This document shows, in pieces, positions 13,590 through 25,974 of a stretch of 64,000 nucleotides of DNA. Location: assembly GCA_043228905.1 (NCBI GenBank), contig JBHGNT010000011.1, positions 13,082,001 through 13,146,000 on the forward strand, given 5' to 3'. Position 1 is the stretch's first letter. The number at the start of each line of letters is the position of its first letter. The notes below the pieces were generated by a model. That model made no database searches, was not told the origin of the DNA, and worked only from the letters and a program-made list of their open reading frames with translations. A program made the position numbers and the translations under genes. The DNA is from Azolla caroliniana. Taxonomy: Eukaryota > Plantae > Polypodiophyta.

Positions 13590-14434
13590 CAAAAAGCATT
13601 TTATGTTGTAACCGCTAGTTGCCGAAGGCAGAGCTCGAGGTCATTGCCTCTGAGTCTCACATTGTAATACCTCTCCTCACAGTGATCCTATTCGGAGTTC
13701 AGTGAACTCCCGTGGTTTCCCCCTATTAGGGTTTCCACGTTAATATCCTGTGTCGTCTCATTGTTTTTTGACTGTGTAAGTGCATTCATCATTATTTTAT
13801 TTCCATTTCTTCCATTGAGTGATTAAGACTTGGTTTTGGCGCCACTCCAATCGAGTTGTTTGGCCCTATGCACAAGCACTATTTGCAAAAATATGGTATC
13901 AAAGTGAACAACAAAGGAAAGAAAATGGAGGATTCATTCGGCGGCATGTTCAAGCTCACCGGCTCCAACTACCCTATATGGAAGTCGAAGATGAGGGACA
14001 TGTTGGTGATCAAAGATCTCTGGGCGCCGGTACAGTTTGGAGATGCAAGACCAGAAAAAATAGATGCTCTGAATAATGTTTCAAAACAAGAATGTTGTAA
14101 ATCGAGTCTCAGTATTTCGGAAGCTGGTGAGCCTCAGAAAGCTCGTGAGACTCATATATCAAGATGGCTCCAACATGGCGGAGCACATGAATGCTTCGAG
14201 GGGCTTATAAATCAAACAAGCTCGTTGGAGATACCTCTAGTCAATGAAGTACTTGCGTTGTTGCTGCTCAGTTCTGTCATGAAGACATACATCTTGGCTT
14301 ATCATGACATTCATCTTGGCGAACCAGGAATCGAACCCATAACCTCTTGGTTTACATATTGTACTTTAACCATTGTAATAACATATGTGAGATGTAATCA
14401 TAATAATTATATGTTTAGTTATTACGAGATATTT

Positions 14435-14541
14435 AGAACATTCTAGATTATTCTAGAATGTTCTTGAATATTTCATGATTATATTTATTATTATTATTAT
14501 TCATAAATATCTAAAATATTCTAGAACATTCTAGAATACTC
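14435..14541 (+). promoter_or_regulatory. Heat-shock-element arrays upstream of the LTR TATA box
   Basis: GAAcaTTCtaGATtaTTCtaGAAtgTTCttGAA and TTCtaGAAcaTTCtaGAA; TATAAATA at 14552. Confidence 0.65.
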
Positions 14542-14825
14542 CATAAGGGCCTATAAATAAGAGTCCATACACTCATCACAACTCATTCGGTTCAACACCA
14601 GTCTTTAGCCCTTAGCCTACTCCTTGTAATCTTCTTTCTCGTAATATAATCGCATTCCCATTTCTTATCTCTCACTTATACTTTTCTCTCTCTCGCACTC
14701 TCTCCCTCTTTCACTCTCTTTTGCTATCACTATCGCTATCTCTACCGCTCTCGCCATCTCTATCGTTATCGTTATCTCTATCGCCATCGCTCTCTCTCTG
14801 CTTCCTACTCAAGAGTCACGACAGT

Positions 14826-14836
14826 TTGAACCGAAT
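14826..14836 (+). promoter_or_regulatory. Self-priming PBS of element D
   Basis: TTGAACCGAAT is the exact reverse complement of ATTCGGTTCAA at 14585-14595, 33 nt after the TATA box. Confidence 0.8.
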
Positions 14837-14908
14837 ATTTCTTTTCCCTTTCTCCAATAACCCTAGCAAGCTTTCTTCTTTATCCTTCTTCCTTTTTCCC
14901 CCGCGGTT

Positions 14909-16036
14909 ATGGAGTCGGTCAGCAAGCAAGAGTATATGCGTGTCCTTTCGGAGCTCGATATGCTCACCACTAAGTTTGTGGCATTAGAGCAAGAAAATCA
15001 AAGGCTACTCGGGGATCTTCAACAAGTCAGTACTGAGAAAGCTCATCAATATGAGGAGTTATCACAACGGGTTCATCAACTTGAGGCTACTATATTAACA
15101 TTACGAGAACAAGCGGCGGGGGTTCAAAACTCCCCAAGGGAACCAAAGATTAGCCTCCCTGCCAAGTTTGATGGTACCAGATCTCTCTTTTGAGGTTTCC
15201 TGAATCAAGTTTGTTTGGTGATTCAGTTACATCCCAATCGGTATCCAACTGATGCTGCCCGTGTGGGATTAATAGGAACCTTGCTAAGCGGTACAGCGTT
15301 AGCATGGTTTGCACCACTTCTTGAGAAGAAATCACCATTACTGGAGGATTTCGAGGCATTCGTTAAGGAGTTTCAAGCTAGTTTTGGAGATACGGATAGC
15401 ACTAGGACTGCAATAAACAAGATTCGAAGACTCCGACAAGGAGATCGTCCCGCTTCAGCTTATGCCGCAGATTTCCGTCTCTTGGCATGCGACATCCCTT
15501 GGGATGAGGCAGCCTTAATGGATCAATTCCGTCAGGGTTTGCGTAACGATGTCAAAGATCTTCTTCTTACTTTCCATGAAGATCCAAAGTCTCTTACTGA
15601 AGCTATTAGCCGAGCTGTGCGATGTGATAATCGCCTATTTGAGCGACGTTCTGAACGTCAACAAATGTTACGCCGCCAACCGGAACAGACATACGCTTCT
15701 ATAGTCGCCACACCGCCACAAGGTTCTAGACCCGTTACGAGGGATGGTCCCACTCCGATGGAAATAGAGTCGACACAACGTCGAGGGCCCTTATCAGATG
15801 CTGAGAAACAACGACGTCGGGCGCATCGCCTATGCCTCTACTGTGGTGGTCCAGGACATATAGCTGTGAATTGTCCACATAAACCCAGGCGTCAAGTTTA
15901 CCAAGTAAGTGCACATGACAACCCTACATCAAGTTCTACTATCACTTCTAATAACTTAAGTACTAAGCCTAATAGCCCATGCCATGAGAATAGATTTGAT
16001 GTCTTGAGCCAATTAGAGGATGTGTTAAACGAATAA
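14909..16036 (+). pseudogene. Gag of element D (one in-frame TGA at 15191)
   Basis: N-terminal coiled coil; LPAKFDG; LRQGDRPASAYAADF; CLYCGGPGHIAVNC. Confidence 0.9.
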
Positions 16037-19000
16037 GTCCGGCCAAAATAGGAGCCATTTGGTTGGACCATCCTAGTTATGTAGAGTCAGTACCTAGTTG
16101 TGGTTCCATTTCATCAAATCAAGTTAGTAGAGTTTTTTCTGCACAAGTCGAGCTTAGCACATCTACAGGTCATCGCGCCCTAGCCTCTGCCCTCCTAGAT
16201 TCCGGAGCCAATTCTTGTTTCATGGATCGCGAGTTTGCATTGACTCAAAACATCATCTTGAAAAAACTCCCAAACCCAGTAGCTGTAGGAGTCATCGATG
16301 GTCGCCCTATAGCATCAGGAGATATAGTCGAAGAGTCTGAACCAATTCGTGTAGTCCTAGGTAATTTGGCTAGTGTCATCTCATTTAACATCATTAGTAG
16401 TCCGGAGCACTCTCTAGTTCTTGGTCTTCCTTGGTTTGAGTTACATAACCCAACCATTGATTGGAGAAAAAGAACTATTGAAGAGGTCACCGTACAATCC
16501 AAGTCTCTTGAAGCTCCAACTAAGGATCTAGGATCCCCCACAATTTCAACAATCTCTATACATCAATTACGAGAGGATGGAAGAAAGGAAGACATGATGG
16601 TATTTGCGGTTTTAGCAACTCCCTCATCTAGCTCACAAGAATTGGGGGTCCAACTACCAAAGAAGTACATAGAATTCTCCGATGTGTTCGATAAGGTGAA
16701 GGCTAATAGACTACCAGAGCATCGACCATATGATTGCCCAATTGATTTGCAGCCAGGAAAAGAGCCTCCATGGGGACCAATTTATAATCTTTCGCCCACG
16801 GAGTTAGAGGTTCTTCGAGAATATATCAATGAGAACTTGGCAAATGGTTTTATCCAACATTCAAAATCTCCTGCTGGTGCACCCATCTTTTTCGTTAAGA
16901 AGAAAGATGGTACGCTTCGTATGGTCGTGGATTATCGAGGCTTGAATAAAGTGACCGTTAGAAACCGATATGCTCTCCCATTGATCTCAAGCCTTCTAGA
17001 ACGCCTCAGTGAAGCAAAGTATTTCACGAAGTTAGATCTTCGAGGTGCCTACAACCTTGTTCGAATTCGTCCTGGGGATGAATGGAAGACGGCGTTCCGC
17101 ACTCGCTATGGTCATTTTGAGTACACAGTGATGCCTTTTGGCCTCACGAATGCACCAGCAGTCTTCCAACATATGGCGAATGATATTTTTCGAGACTTCC
17201 TCGATATCTTCATCATTGTTTACCTGGATGATATCTTGATCTACTCAAAAACTCAAGAAGAACATGATATACATGTTCGCCAAGTTTTGCAACGGCTACG
17301 AGAGTATGGTCTCTATGCAAAATTGGAGAAGTGTAGTTTCGACCAATGTCAAGTGGAGTTTTTGGGGTACATAGTCTCTTCAAATGGCATCTCTATGGAT
17401 CCATCAAAGGTTCAAACAATTTTGGATTGGCAAACACCACAGTCCGTGCGAGATGTGCAATGTTTTTTGGGGTTCGCAAACTTTTATCGCAAGTTCATCA
17501 AAGATTATTCAAAAATTGTGTTGCCCCTCACTCAACTGACGCACAAGAATCGATCATTTGTATGGAGTATAGATGCGAACTCTGCATTTGAGGGTTTAAA
17601 GCAAGCATTTACATCCGCACCAATCTTAATCCATGTCGATCCAATGAGGCGCTTTATACTTGAAGCTGATGCATCGGATTTCGCACTCGGAAGTGTACTA
17701 TCCCAAATTGGTGATGATGGTGAACTGCACCCGGTGGCTTTTCACTCACGAAAATTTGAAGCCGCAGAAATCAACTATGAGATTCACGACAAAGAGCTTC
17801 TTGCCATTGTGGATTCTTTTCAACAATGGCGTCATTTTCTGGAGGGTTCTTCTCAGCAGATTATTGTCTACAATGATCATAAAAATCTAACATACTTTCA
17901 AAGTGCTCGAGTCTTGAATCGACGACAAGCTCGTTGGGCGCAGTTCTTAACTCGTTTCGATTTTGTAATTCTATATCGCCCTGGGATGCAACAAGGAAAA
18001 GCAGATGCTTTATCTAGACGTTCGTATATGGAACTTCAACCTGGAGAGGCCGCATTTGAAAGCCAAAAGCAAATCCTCTTAGGTCCTGATCGTCTACGAA
18101 TAATGGCAATGCATACCATCAACACACCGGGAGATTCAAGGCTTCTTGATTCCATTCGTGAGCAGATTGCGACTGATGCGTTCGCCCAAGAGGTTTTGAG
18201 CCATATTATCCCAAATCGTGCATCTAGCTCCCAAACTCAAAATCCTCGTCTAGACTACACCCAGTTTAGTTGGCATGATGGGTTACTTTTTCGACAAACT
18301 CTCTTGTAAGTGCCTGACGGTCCTTCTCGACTCAAAGTCATGCAACAATGTCATGACACACCAATGGCGGGACACTTCGGCATCCACAAGACTTTTGAGT
18401 TGATTTCTCGCCGATATTGGTGGCCACGGCTTCGCCATTTTGTTACGGATTATGTTCGTAGCTGTGATACATGTTGCCGATCAAAAAAGCCTCGACATCA
18501 TCCATATGGCTTATTACAGCCAATGCCTATTCCGGAGAGCCCATGGAAATCTATTTCCTTGGACTTTATTACGGATCTTCCACCTTCCAAGGGATTTGAT
18601 TCGATTCTCACGGTTGTCGATCGTTTTACGAAGATGGCACACTTCCTTCCATGCACAAAGACCATTACTAGTCAAGAGACAGCTGATTTACTCATGCGGG
18701 AGGTGTTTCGCCATCATGGTCTTCCGGATGATATTATCAGTGATCGGGGTCCCCAATTCATCTCGAAATTTTGGCGGCACATGTTCAAACTCTTACATAC
18801 TTCTTGTAAACTCTCTTCCGGCTACCATCCAGAGACTAATGGGCAGAGTGAGCGCACCAACCAAACAGTCGAGCAATATCTACGTTGTTTTGTCAACTAT
18901 CAACAAGATGATTGGGTGGATTTACTACCTTTGGCAGAATTTGCTTATAACAACTCCGAGCATTCTTCTACTGGATATTCCCCATTTTTTGCAAACATTG

Positions 19001-19668
19001 GGTACCATCCTCGTTGGACGATGCTTGAACATCCTGAACTCCCAAAAAACCCAGCTGCTGAAGATCGGCTCACTCGACTCCAAGAAGTTCAGGATATGCT
19101 TTTGCATCATTTATGTGAAGCCCAAAACACTCAAAAGAAGATTGCTGACCGTCATCGGCGTGATTCATCGACTACATTTCAAGTAGGCGATCGTGTATGG
19201 CTCTTACAAGGTAGCATTAAAACAACCCGACCTTGCTACAAATTGGATTATCAACGTTTTGGCCCATATGTCATAAGTGGTAAGATCAATGATGTGACAT
19301 TTCGTCTTGATCTTCCTCCTCATATGCGTCTTCACCCGGTCTTCCATGTTTCACTTTTGGAGCCCTACACAACGAGCTCTATTCCGGGTCGTGTTACACC
19401 TCCCCCACCTCCAATTGACGTTTCCAATGGCTCTGAATATGAGGTTGCCGCTATCCTCGACTCCAAGATCATTCGCAACAAACTATACTACTTGGTTGAT
19501 TGGTTAGGCTATACACCTAATGATCGAACATGGGAGCCTGCCGAACATCTTGCCAATGCCTCCGACATGGTTGTTGCATTTCACAACCAATATCCTCATA
19601 AACCAAGTCTGAACTCTTTTCTTCCGACTCGTGCAACTCGTCATCGAAAAGGGGGGATAATGTCATGA
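16030..19668 (+). pseudogene. Pol of element D (one in-frame TAA at 18307), -1 frame relative to gag
   Basis: LLDSGA; YLDDILI; EADASD; HHCC integrase; GPY motif; chromodomain EYEVAAILDSKIIRNKLYYLVDWLGY...TWEP. Confidence 0.93.
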
Positions 19669-22600
19669 AGACATACATCTTGGCTTATCATGACATTCAT
19701 CTTGGCGAACCAGGAATCGAACCCATAACCTCTTGGTTTACATATTGTACTTTACCCATTGTAATAACATATGTGAGATGTAATCATAATAATTATATGT
19801 TTAGTTATTACGAGATATTTAGAACATTCTAGATTATTCTAGAATGTTCTTGAATATTTCATGATTATATTTATTATTATTATTATTCATAAATATCTAA
19901 AATATTCTAGAACATTCTAGAATACTCCATAAGGGCCTATAAATAAGAGTCCATACACTCATCACAACTCATTCGGTTCAACACCAGTCTTTAGCCCTTA
20001 GCCTACTCCTTGTAATCTTCTTTCTCGTAATATAATCGCATTCCCATTTCTTATCTCTCACTTATACTTTTCTCTCTCTCGCACTCTCTCCCTCTTTCAC
20101 TCTCTTTTGCTATCACTATCGCTATCTCTACCGCTCTCGCCATCTCTATCGTTATCGTTATCTCTATCGCCATCGCTCTCTCTCTGCTTCCTACTCAAGA
20201 GTCACGACAAGTTCCCTCCTAAATAATTGGGAGACATTAGTTGTCACTTTGGGTAATGCTGGGCCGGAAGGTAAACATTTATCCCTAGCGAGAGTAAAAT
20301 CAAGCTTGCTGAATGAAGAGGCTCATCGAAAAGACAAAGAAGTGATCTCTGACTCAAAAGCCCTAGTTACCGAAACCGATACACAACGAGGGAGAGGCCG
20401 GAATCGGAGTCCCCTGAACCGGGAAAAATTGGGGACAAGGTCAAAGTCAAGGGGGAGGCCTACGTGCTTCTATTGTGGGAAGCCCGGGCACTTCTAGAAG
20501 AATTGTCAACAATTCCAGATTGACTCCCAAGTATGCTCACTGGGACTATATCCTAGCCAATCGACTAAATAGTAGAGCTTGTTGCGAATAATCTTAGAAT
20601 CAAGGATGGCGGAAACCTCGTACTCAGGTCCATCTTCAAGTTTGATCGGGGGTGGAGGTGGTTTAATACGACTTGGGATGGTTCTATCCTGATAGGGTTC
20701 TAGGAGAGAACTATGAAACACCGGATGTATCTGTAGTTGCGGAGGTAGATCGAGACGGAAAGTGACACCATTAATTTTTTCGATAATACGGAAAGGACCT
20801 AATCACCGATAATCCAAGTTCTCACATGGGCGAGTAGTCTTGATGTGTCGTCGTAGTAGCCATACCCGATCTCCGATATTAAAACAAGATGGAAGCCGAT
20901 GAGGATCTGCGTAAACCTTGTGTGTTCGTTGAGCTTGCTGTAGATGAGTAGATAAATCCGCTTGTATCTTGCAGAGCCACTCCAAACGATTCTTGAGTAG
21001 ATGTGTGTAACTATGGGGTTTCAAATACACACCACTGGGGGTGACAACCCGTGTAAGCATAAAATGGTGTAACCTTTGTCGATGAGTGGACAGAGTTATT
21101 ATATGCAAATTCGGCGAAGTGGAGAATATCTGCTCAGCCATCTTGATGATAGCTTAGAAAGCACCGAAGATATTGCTCCAGTATTTGATTTGTTCATTTT
21201 GCTTGGTCGTTTGTTTGTGGGTGGTAGTTGGAGGAGAGGTTACAAGTGACCTTGAGAATTTTGAAGAGGTGCTTCCAGAATTTCGAGACGAACTGGGGTC
21301 TACGGTTGCTGATGATACTATCGGGGAGGCCATGATGCCGACATACCTCACGCATGACAGTTTCGGCGGTTTCTTCACTGGAGATTTCTTAGTACATGGC
21401 AGGAAATGGGCCATCTTCGTATATCAATCTACTAATGTGAAGATCGCATCGAATCCCTTAGAAACCGGAAGATCTGTGATGAAATCTAGAGCAATGGATT
21501 GCGACGGCTTGCTTGGAATTGGTAATGGTTCTAATAAACCATATGGATGATGCCTTGGCATTTTTTCTCTCCAACATGTATCACAAGTCTGAACAAATTC
21601 TTCAACAAATTGTCGCATATGGGATCACTAGAATTATCGTTGTACTAAATCTAATGTTTCAGTACTAGCAAAATGCCCAGTTGTATATGTGTCATGATAG
21701 TTTTGGACTACTTGAAGGCGACAAGAACCATTAGGAACATACAAGAGTTTCTTAAAGAATAGTAATCCATCATCATGACATTCGAATTGTCGATAGTCCG
21801 TACTTGGTTGTTGCGACTGTGAACAAGATGCTCGAGAGGGATCAATTTGTGCGAGAATGACTTGGGTGAAAGCATCTGTCTTCAAGTCCTCCCATATGGT
21901 AGCGATAACGTGTGAATCTAATGGCATACCGAAGACCTGCGTTGCTTGCAGTCGAGCCGGTCCTAGGATTACTTGCTTTTGGTTATCGAAAGCTGGCTCG
22001 CTGGGATGCGGTGCTAGATACGAGCGCCATGATAATGCATTAGCCTTCCCTTGTTGATTTCCCAGATGATATGTAATTTTGAAGTTGAAACGAGTGCGGA
22101 ATTGGGCCCACCGAGCTTGACGTCGATTTAACACACGAGCATTCTGAAAGTAAGCAAGGTTTTTGTGATCACTGAATACGGCGACTTGATGAGAAGATCC
22201 CTCTAGAAAATGTCTCCATTGTGTAAAAGAGTCCATTATTGCTAATAGCTCCTTATCATGAATTTCATAGTTGATTTCGGCATTGTCAAACTTGCGTGAG
22301 TGGAAAGCCACAAGATGTAGCTTTTCATCATCGCCTTGTTGTGACAGAATGCTACCCAAGGCGAAATCCGACGCGTCTACCTCAATGATGAATGGTTTTC
22401 CCGGATCAACATGAGCTAGAATAGGAGCTGATGTAAATGCCTTCTTACGATTCTCAAAAGCCATGTCCGCTTCTTCAGACCAAACGAACGATTGTCCCTT
22501 CCTGGTAAGCTGTGTGAGAGGTAGAACAAGCTTTGAGTAATCCTGTATAAACTTGCGGTAGAAATTGGCAAATCCTAAAAAGCATTGCACATCTCCCAAC

Positions 22601-22955
22601 GAACGTGGAGTCTGCCATTCTACCACTATTTTGACCGTAGCTGGATCCATGGAGATGCCTTTTGTGGAGATGACATAGCCCAGAAATTCCACCTGGTTGT
22701 ACTCGAAGCTACATTTTTCTAGTTTTGCATAAAGATCATGTTCTCGAAGCCGTTTTAGTACTAACAATATATGAGAATCCTGCTCTTGTTGGGTCTTCGA
22801 ATAAACCAGTAGATCATCCAAATAGATGATCAAACAAACATCCAAGAGATCTTAGAATATATCATTTGCCATGTGCTGGAAGACTATTGGTGCATTAGTG
22901 AGACTGAATGGCATGGCCGTATACTCGAAGTGCCCATATTTGGTGCGGAACGCGG

Positions 22956-25256
22956 TAATTCGCGCTTGCATGTCGGATCTGGGCGGGATTGTCGGGGTCA
23001 TGGATCAGGAGGGGAGGAGCTGCCGAGAACCCGAATCCTTTGGAGCTTGCCACGTCGCCGGTCGGTTCGATCTCGGATACTCTCCGGACGCGGCCGGTAA
23101 CCGCATGAGAAGTGAGAGAGCTCACCCTCGTCCTTGCCGCCCCTTTCGCCCTTATGTACAAGGGGCCCAAAAGAGGCACGGGGCACGACCTGGTTAACCG
23201 CGCCCGCGCATCCAGTTACGACCAACACCTCTACACCGGCGACCACGCACTCACCCTCTCTCGTATCCTACGCTACCCGAAAACACACACACACACACAC
23301 ACGTGCGCACGACATTTGCTGCGACGCTAGTTCCACACAGAGAGGAAGAGGGAGCTTGCATCCTAGGGCCGGTCGGGGAGCTCCCAGGCTCGTTCGCGCG
23401 ATGGGACCCTCTTGCAGGGCACGCCTCTTCCAGAACGACCACCTCCTGTGCTAAGCCGCCTTTTGGGAGCGCACGGGCTCGCTGAACTGAGTTGGGTCTT
23501 GCGCACCAAGGAGGGAAACCTGCCAATGAATCACCTAGCATGCGAGCTCTTCACAGGCGATAGAAGCCAACACCCACACACACACAGATGTGCTGGACCG
23601 TTGTCGTGAAGATCCGTCACTACACGCGGATCGTGAGGCGGAACCATCGGGGTTCTGGACCGGAAGGACTCAAATTTTGCACAAGCTTTAGCGAGAAAGG
23701 AATTAAGATAGATTGAAAGAGAGAGAGATTGAGATAAAGATAGAACGATTGCCTTTAGATTGAGAGAGATTAAGATTAAACTCTTGACTTTAGATTTCAA
23801 GAACAAGATTGATACATCAATTGGTTATCGAATTTCTTACTTTTAATTTCTTGATTAATACATCAATTGGATAACGAATTTTCTTCTTAATATTAATTTT
23901 GATATAAAGTACAAAGCTCGCTTCATGAAAAAATTCCCCTTTTGCTTGATTCCTCCACTCTTTTATAGATGCCCTTATGCATATGGTGCATGTGAGGGTG
24001 CAAGACATGCACGGAATGCATGCAATGCACGCAATGCATGCTTGCCATGTCATCATCTAAGCTCTCACACATGAGAATTTACATGTAAAGCTATAATGAT
24101 AAAAATATAATCCTTAAAGAAATGGTTTGGCTTAATGGTAAGCCTATTGCTTCCTATCTTGGAGATGTTAAGTTTGAGTCTTGCTTAAGTCTTTTTCTTT
24201 TATGCACAAAATACTATTAGGCTTTTGAACCAAATATCTTTAAGACACCATGCACCGCGATCAACCGACCCGACCGATTCGTCCGATTTGCATCCGTTTG
24301 GTTCGGCCGAGTCTGCATCCCGAGTTGTTTGCCGGTAATCGACGCCGGCTCAAGCATCTTGATTGCCGCCGATTTTGGTTGGCCAAAGACTTTACAAGTA
24401 GCTAAGCCACACAACTCATCCAATTAACTTAGTCCAAGTCAGCTTGAACTCTCTATGCTCCATACATAGACACAAAGACAATAGTTTTTGCTCTGCCTTA
24501 TATAAGGTGGGATCCTTATTTGTCCTGTCTATGTGGGATATCTCATAGTTTTATCTTTCTCTTTTTCTTTGCAAACTTCCTACCCACATAACTTGAGACT
24601 TAGATGTTTGTTTGTTATGTAGTAAAGTGCATTCGAAAGCTCTTGAAGACCTCCATCTTTTTGTACCATGATATTAAAATAGTATTTTTACTATTATTGT
24701 TTTATATTATTCATGCTCGATTTTGTATGTTTTATGTGATTTTCACACCATTGCCGAAAATCTTCATGACACCGTGGAGTACTAAGAACCAACAAGCAAG
24801 AACACAAGAGAGGTGTAGACAGTCCGCACGCTGCCCGCCACAACTGAACACACCACCTACACACGCACACAGATGGCACCGAAACCCTGACAAAGGATAG
24901 AGACAACACACACACCAAGATGAAACCCTAACAAAGAATAGAGAAAGACGTTATACACAAAAGTTATTAACACCAAAAATGGAACCCACGAATGGGAACC
25001 TATGGAACCTCAAAAACAAGGAACCCTTTTACAAGGGGAGCGCCTTCCCTTTTATAGAGCAAGGTGGAGGTCGCGTGACTATGTGGGATAAATCTCGACT
25101 TATAAGGGATATTCTGTCCCAAATTAACTCCTACTCGGCGCCATTAAGGCACCCCTATTATTCACACGTTTTAATAAGGGTGAGTGCACACGATGCACTC
25201 CGCCAATTCTTTCGATTTTCCCCAGTTTCTCACCATGGCCCGGAATCTTCACGACA
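22956..25256 (-). mobile_element. Probable solo LTR (about 1.1 kb, TGTCGTGAAG group) containing a second solo LTR
   Basis: Right end CTTCACGACA; interrupts the RT motif EWKT|AFRTKYG; possible TSD GCGG/ACAG; left terminus eroded. Confidence 0.6.
23602..24771 (-). mobile_element. Solo LTR (TGTCGTGAAG group)
   Basis: Termini TGTCGTGAAGAT...ATCTTCATGACA; 4-bp TSD CCGT; organisation resembles 11756-12674. Confidence 0.82.
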
Positions 25257-25974
25257 ACAGTCTTCCATTCATCTCCTGGTCGGATCCGAACGAGGTTATA
25301 CGCTCCTCGTAGGTTGATCTTTGTGAAGAACCTTGCACCATTGATCTGTTCTAAAAGACTTGAGATAGGGGTAAGTGCATACCTATTCCTGATGGTGACC
25401 TTATTCAAGCCGCGATAGTCTATGACGAGACGAAGTGATCCATCCTTTTTCTTGATGAAGAAAATGGGTGCACCGGTTGGAGATTTCGAATGTTGAATGA
25501 AATCGTTTACCAAATTCTCGTCTATATAGGCTCGAAGGACTTCTAGCTCGATTGGTGACAAATTGTAGATCGGTCCCCATGGTGGCTCTTTTCCCGGTTG
25601 TAAATCGATGGGGCATTCATACGGTCGGTGGTGACTCGGTGAGGAAGCGTATTGGCTTGTACCTTATTGAACACATCAACATACTTAAGATACTTCTCTG
25701 GAAGTTGAACTGTGGATTCCTTTTTAGTAGTGTTGGAAGGTTTTACTGTTACCACGAAGACAAACTTTGCTTCCTTGTGTCCTTCCTCACGCAATTGATG
25801 TAGCGAAATGGTTGCAATCTTATGAGTAGATCCTCAGATTTGTTGATACCGGATTTCTCTTGTTCTCTAATCTATGTTTGGGTTATGTAATTCAAACCAC
25901 GTTAACCCCAAGACAATTTGATGATCTGGACTACTAATTATATTAAATGATACTACACACACTAAGTTATATGG

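Larger units (their letters stand above)
14275..20209 (+). mobile_element. Element D: young full-length chromoviral Ty3/Gypsy (Tf1/sushi, Tcn1-like)
   Basis: 549-bp LTRs at 14275-14823 and 19661-20209, one difference seen; TSD AGTTC; PPT GAAAAGGGGGGA; gag then PR-RT-RH-INT-chromodomain. Confidence 0.97.
13453..20507 (+). mobile_element. Element E: truncated Copia (LTR plus gag), interrupted by D
   Basis: LTR at about 13453-13890; PBS TGGTATCAAAG at 13894; gag MFKLTGSNYPIWK resumes after 20214 and runs to zinc knuckle CFYCGKPGHF. Confidence 0.82.
20508..25974 (-). pseudogene. Element F pol remnant (chromoviral Gypsy related to D), lacking its 3' LTR
   Basis: Protease end, RT (YLDD), RNase H (EVDASD), integrase and chromodomain fragments; interrupted at 22956-25256. 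Confidence 0.88.

Noticed and set aside
22871-23609. GC-rich overlapping ORFs as a captured host gene
   Set aside because: No recognisable domain; all short and within a probable LTR.
24215-24610. Possible further insertion inside solo LTR 23602-24771
   Set aside because: Composition changes, but I could not define termini or a TSD.
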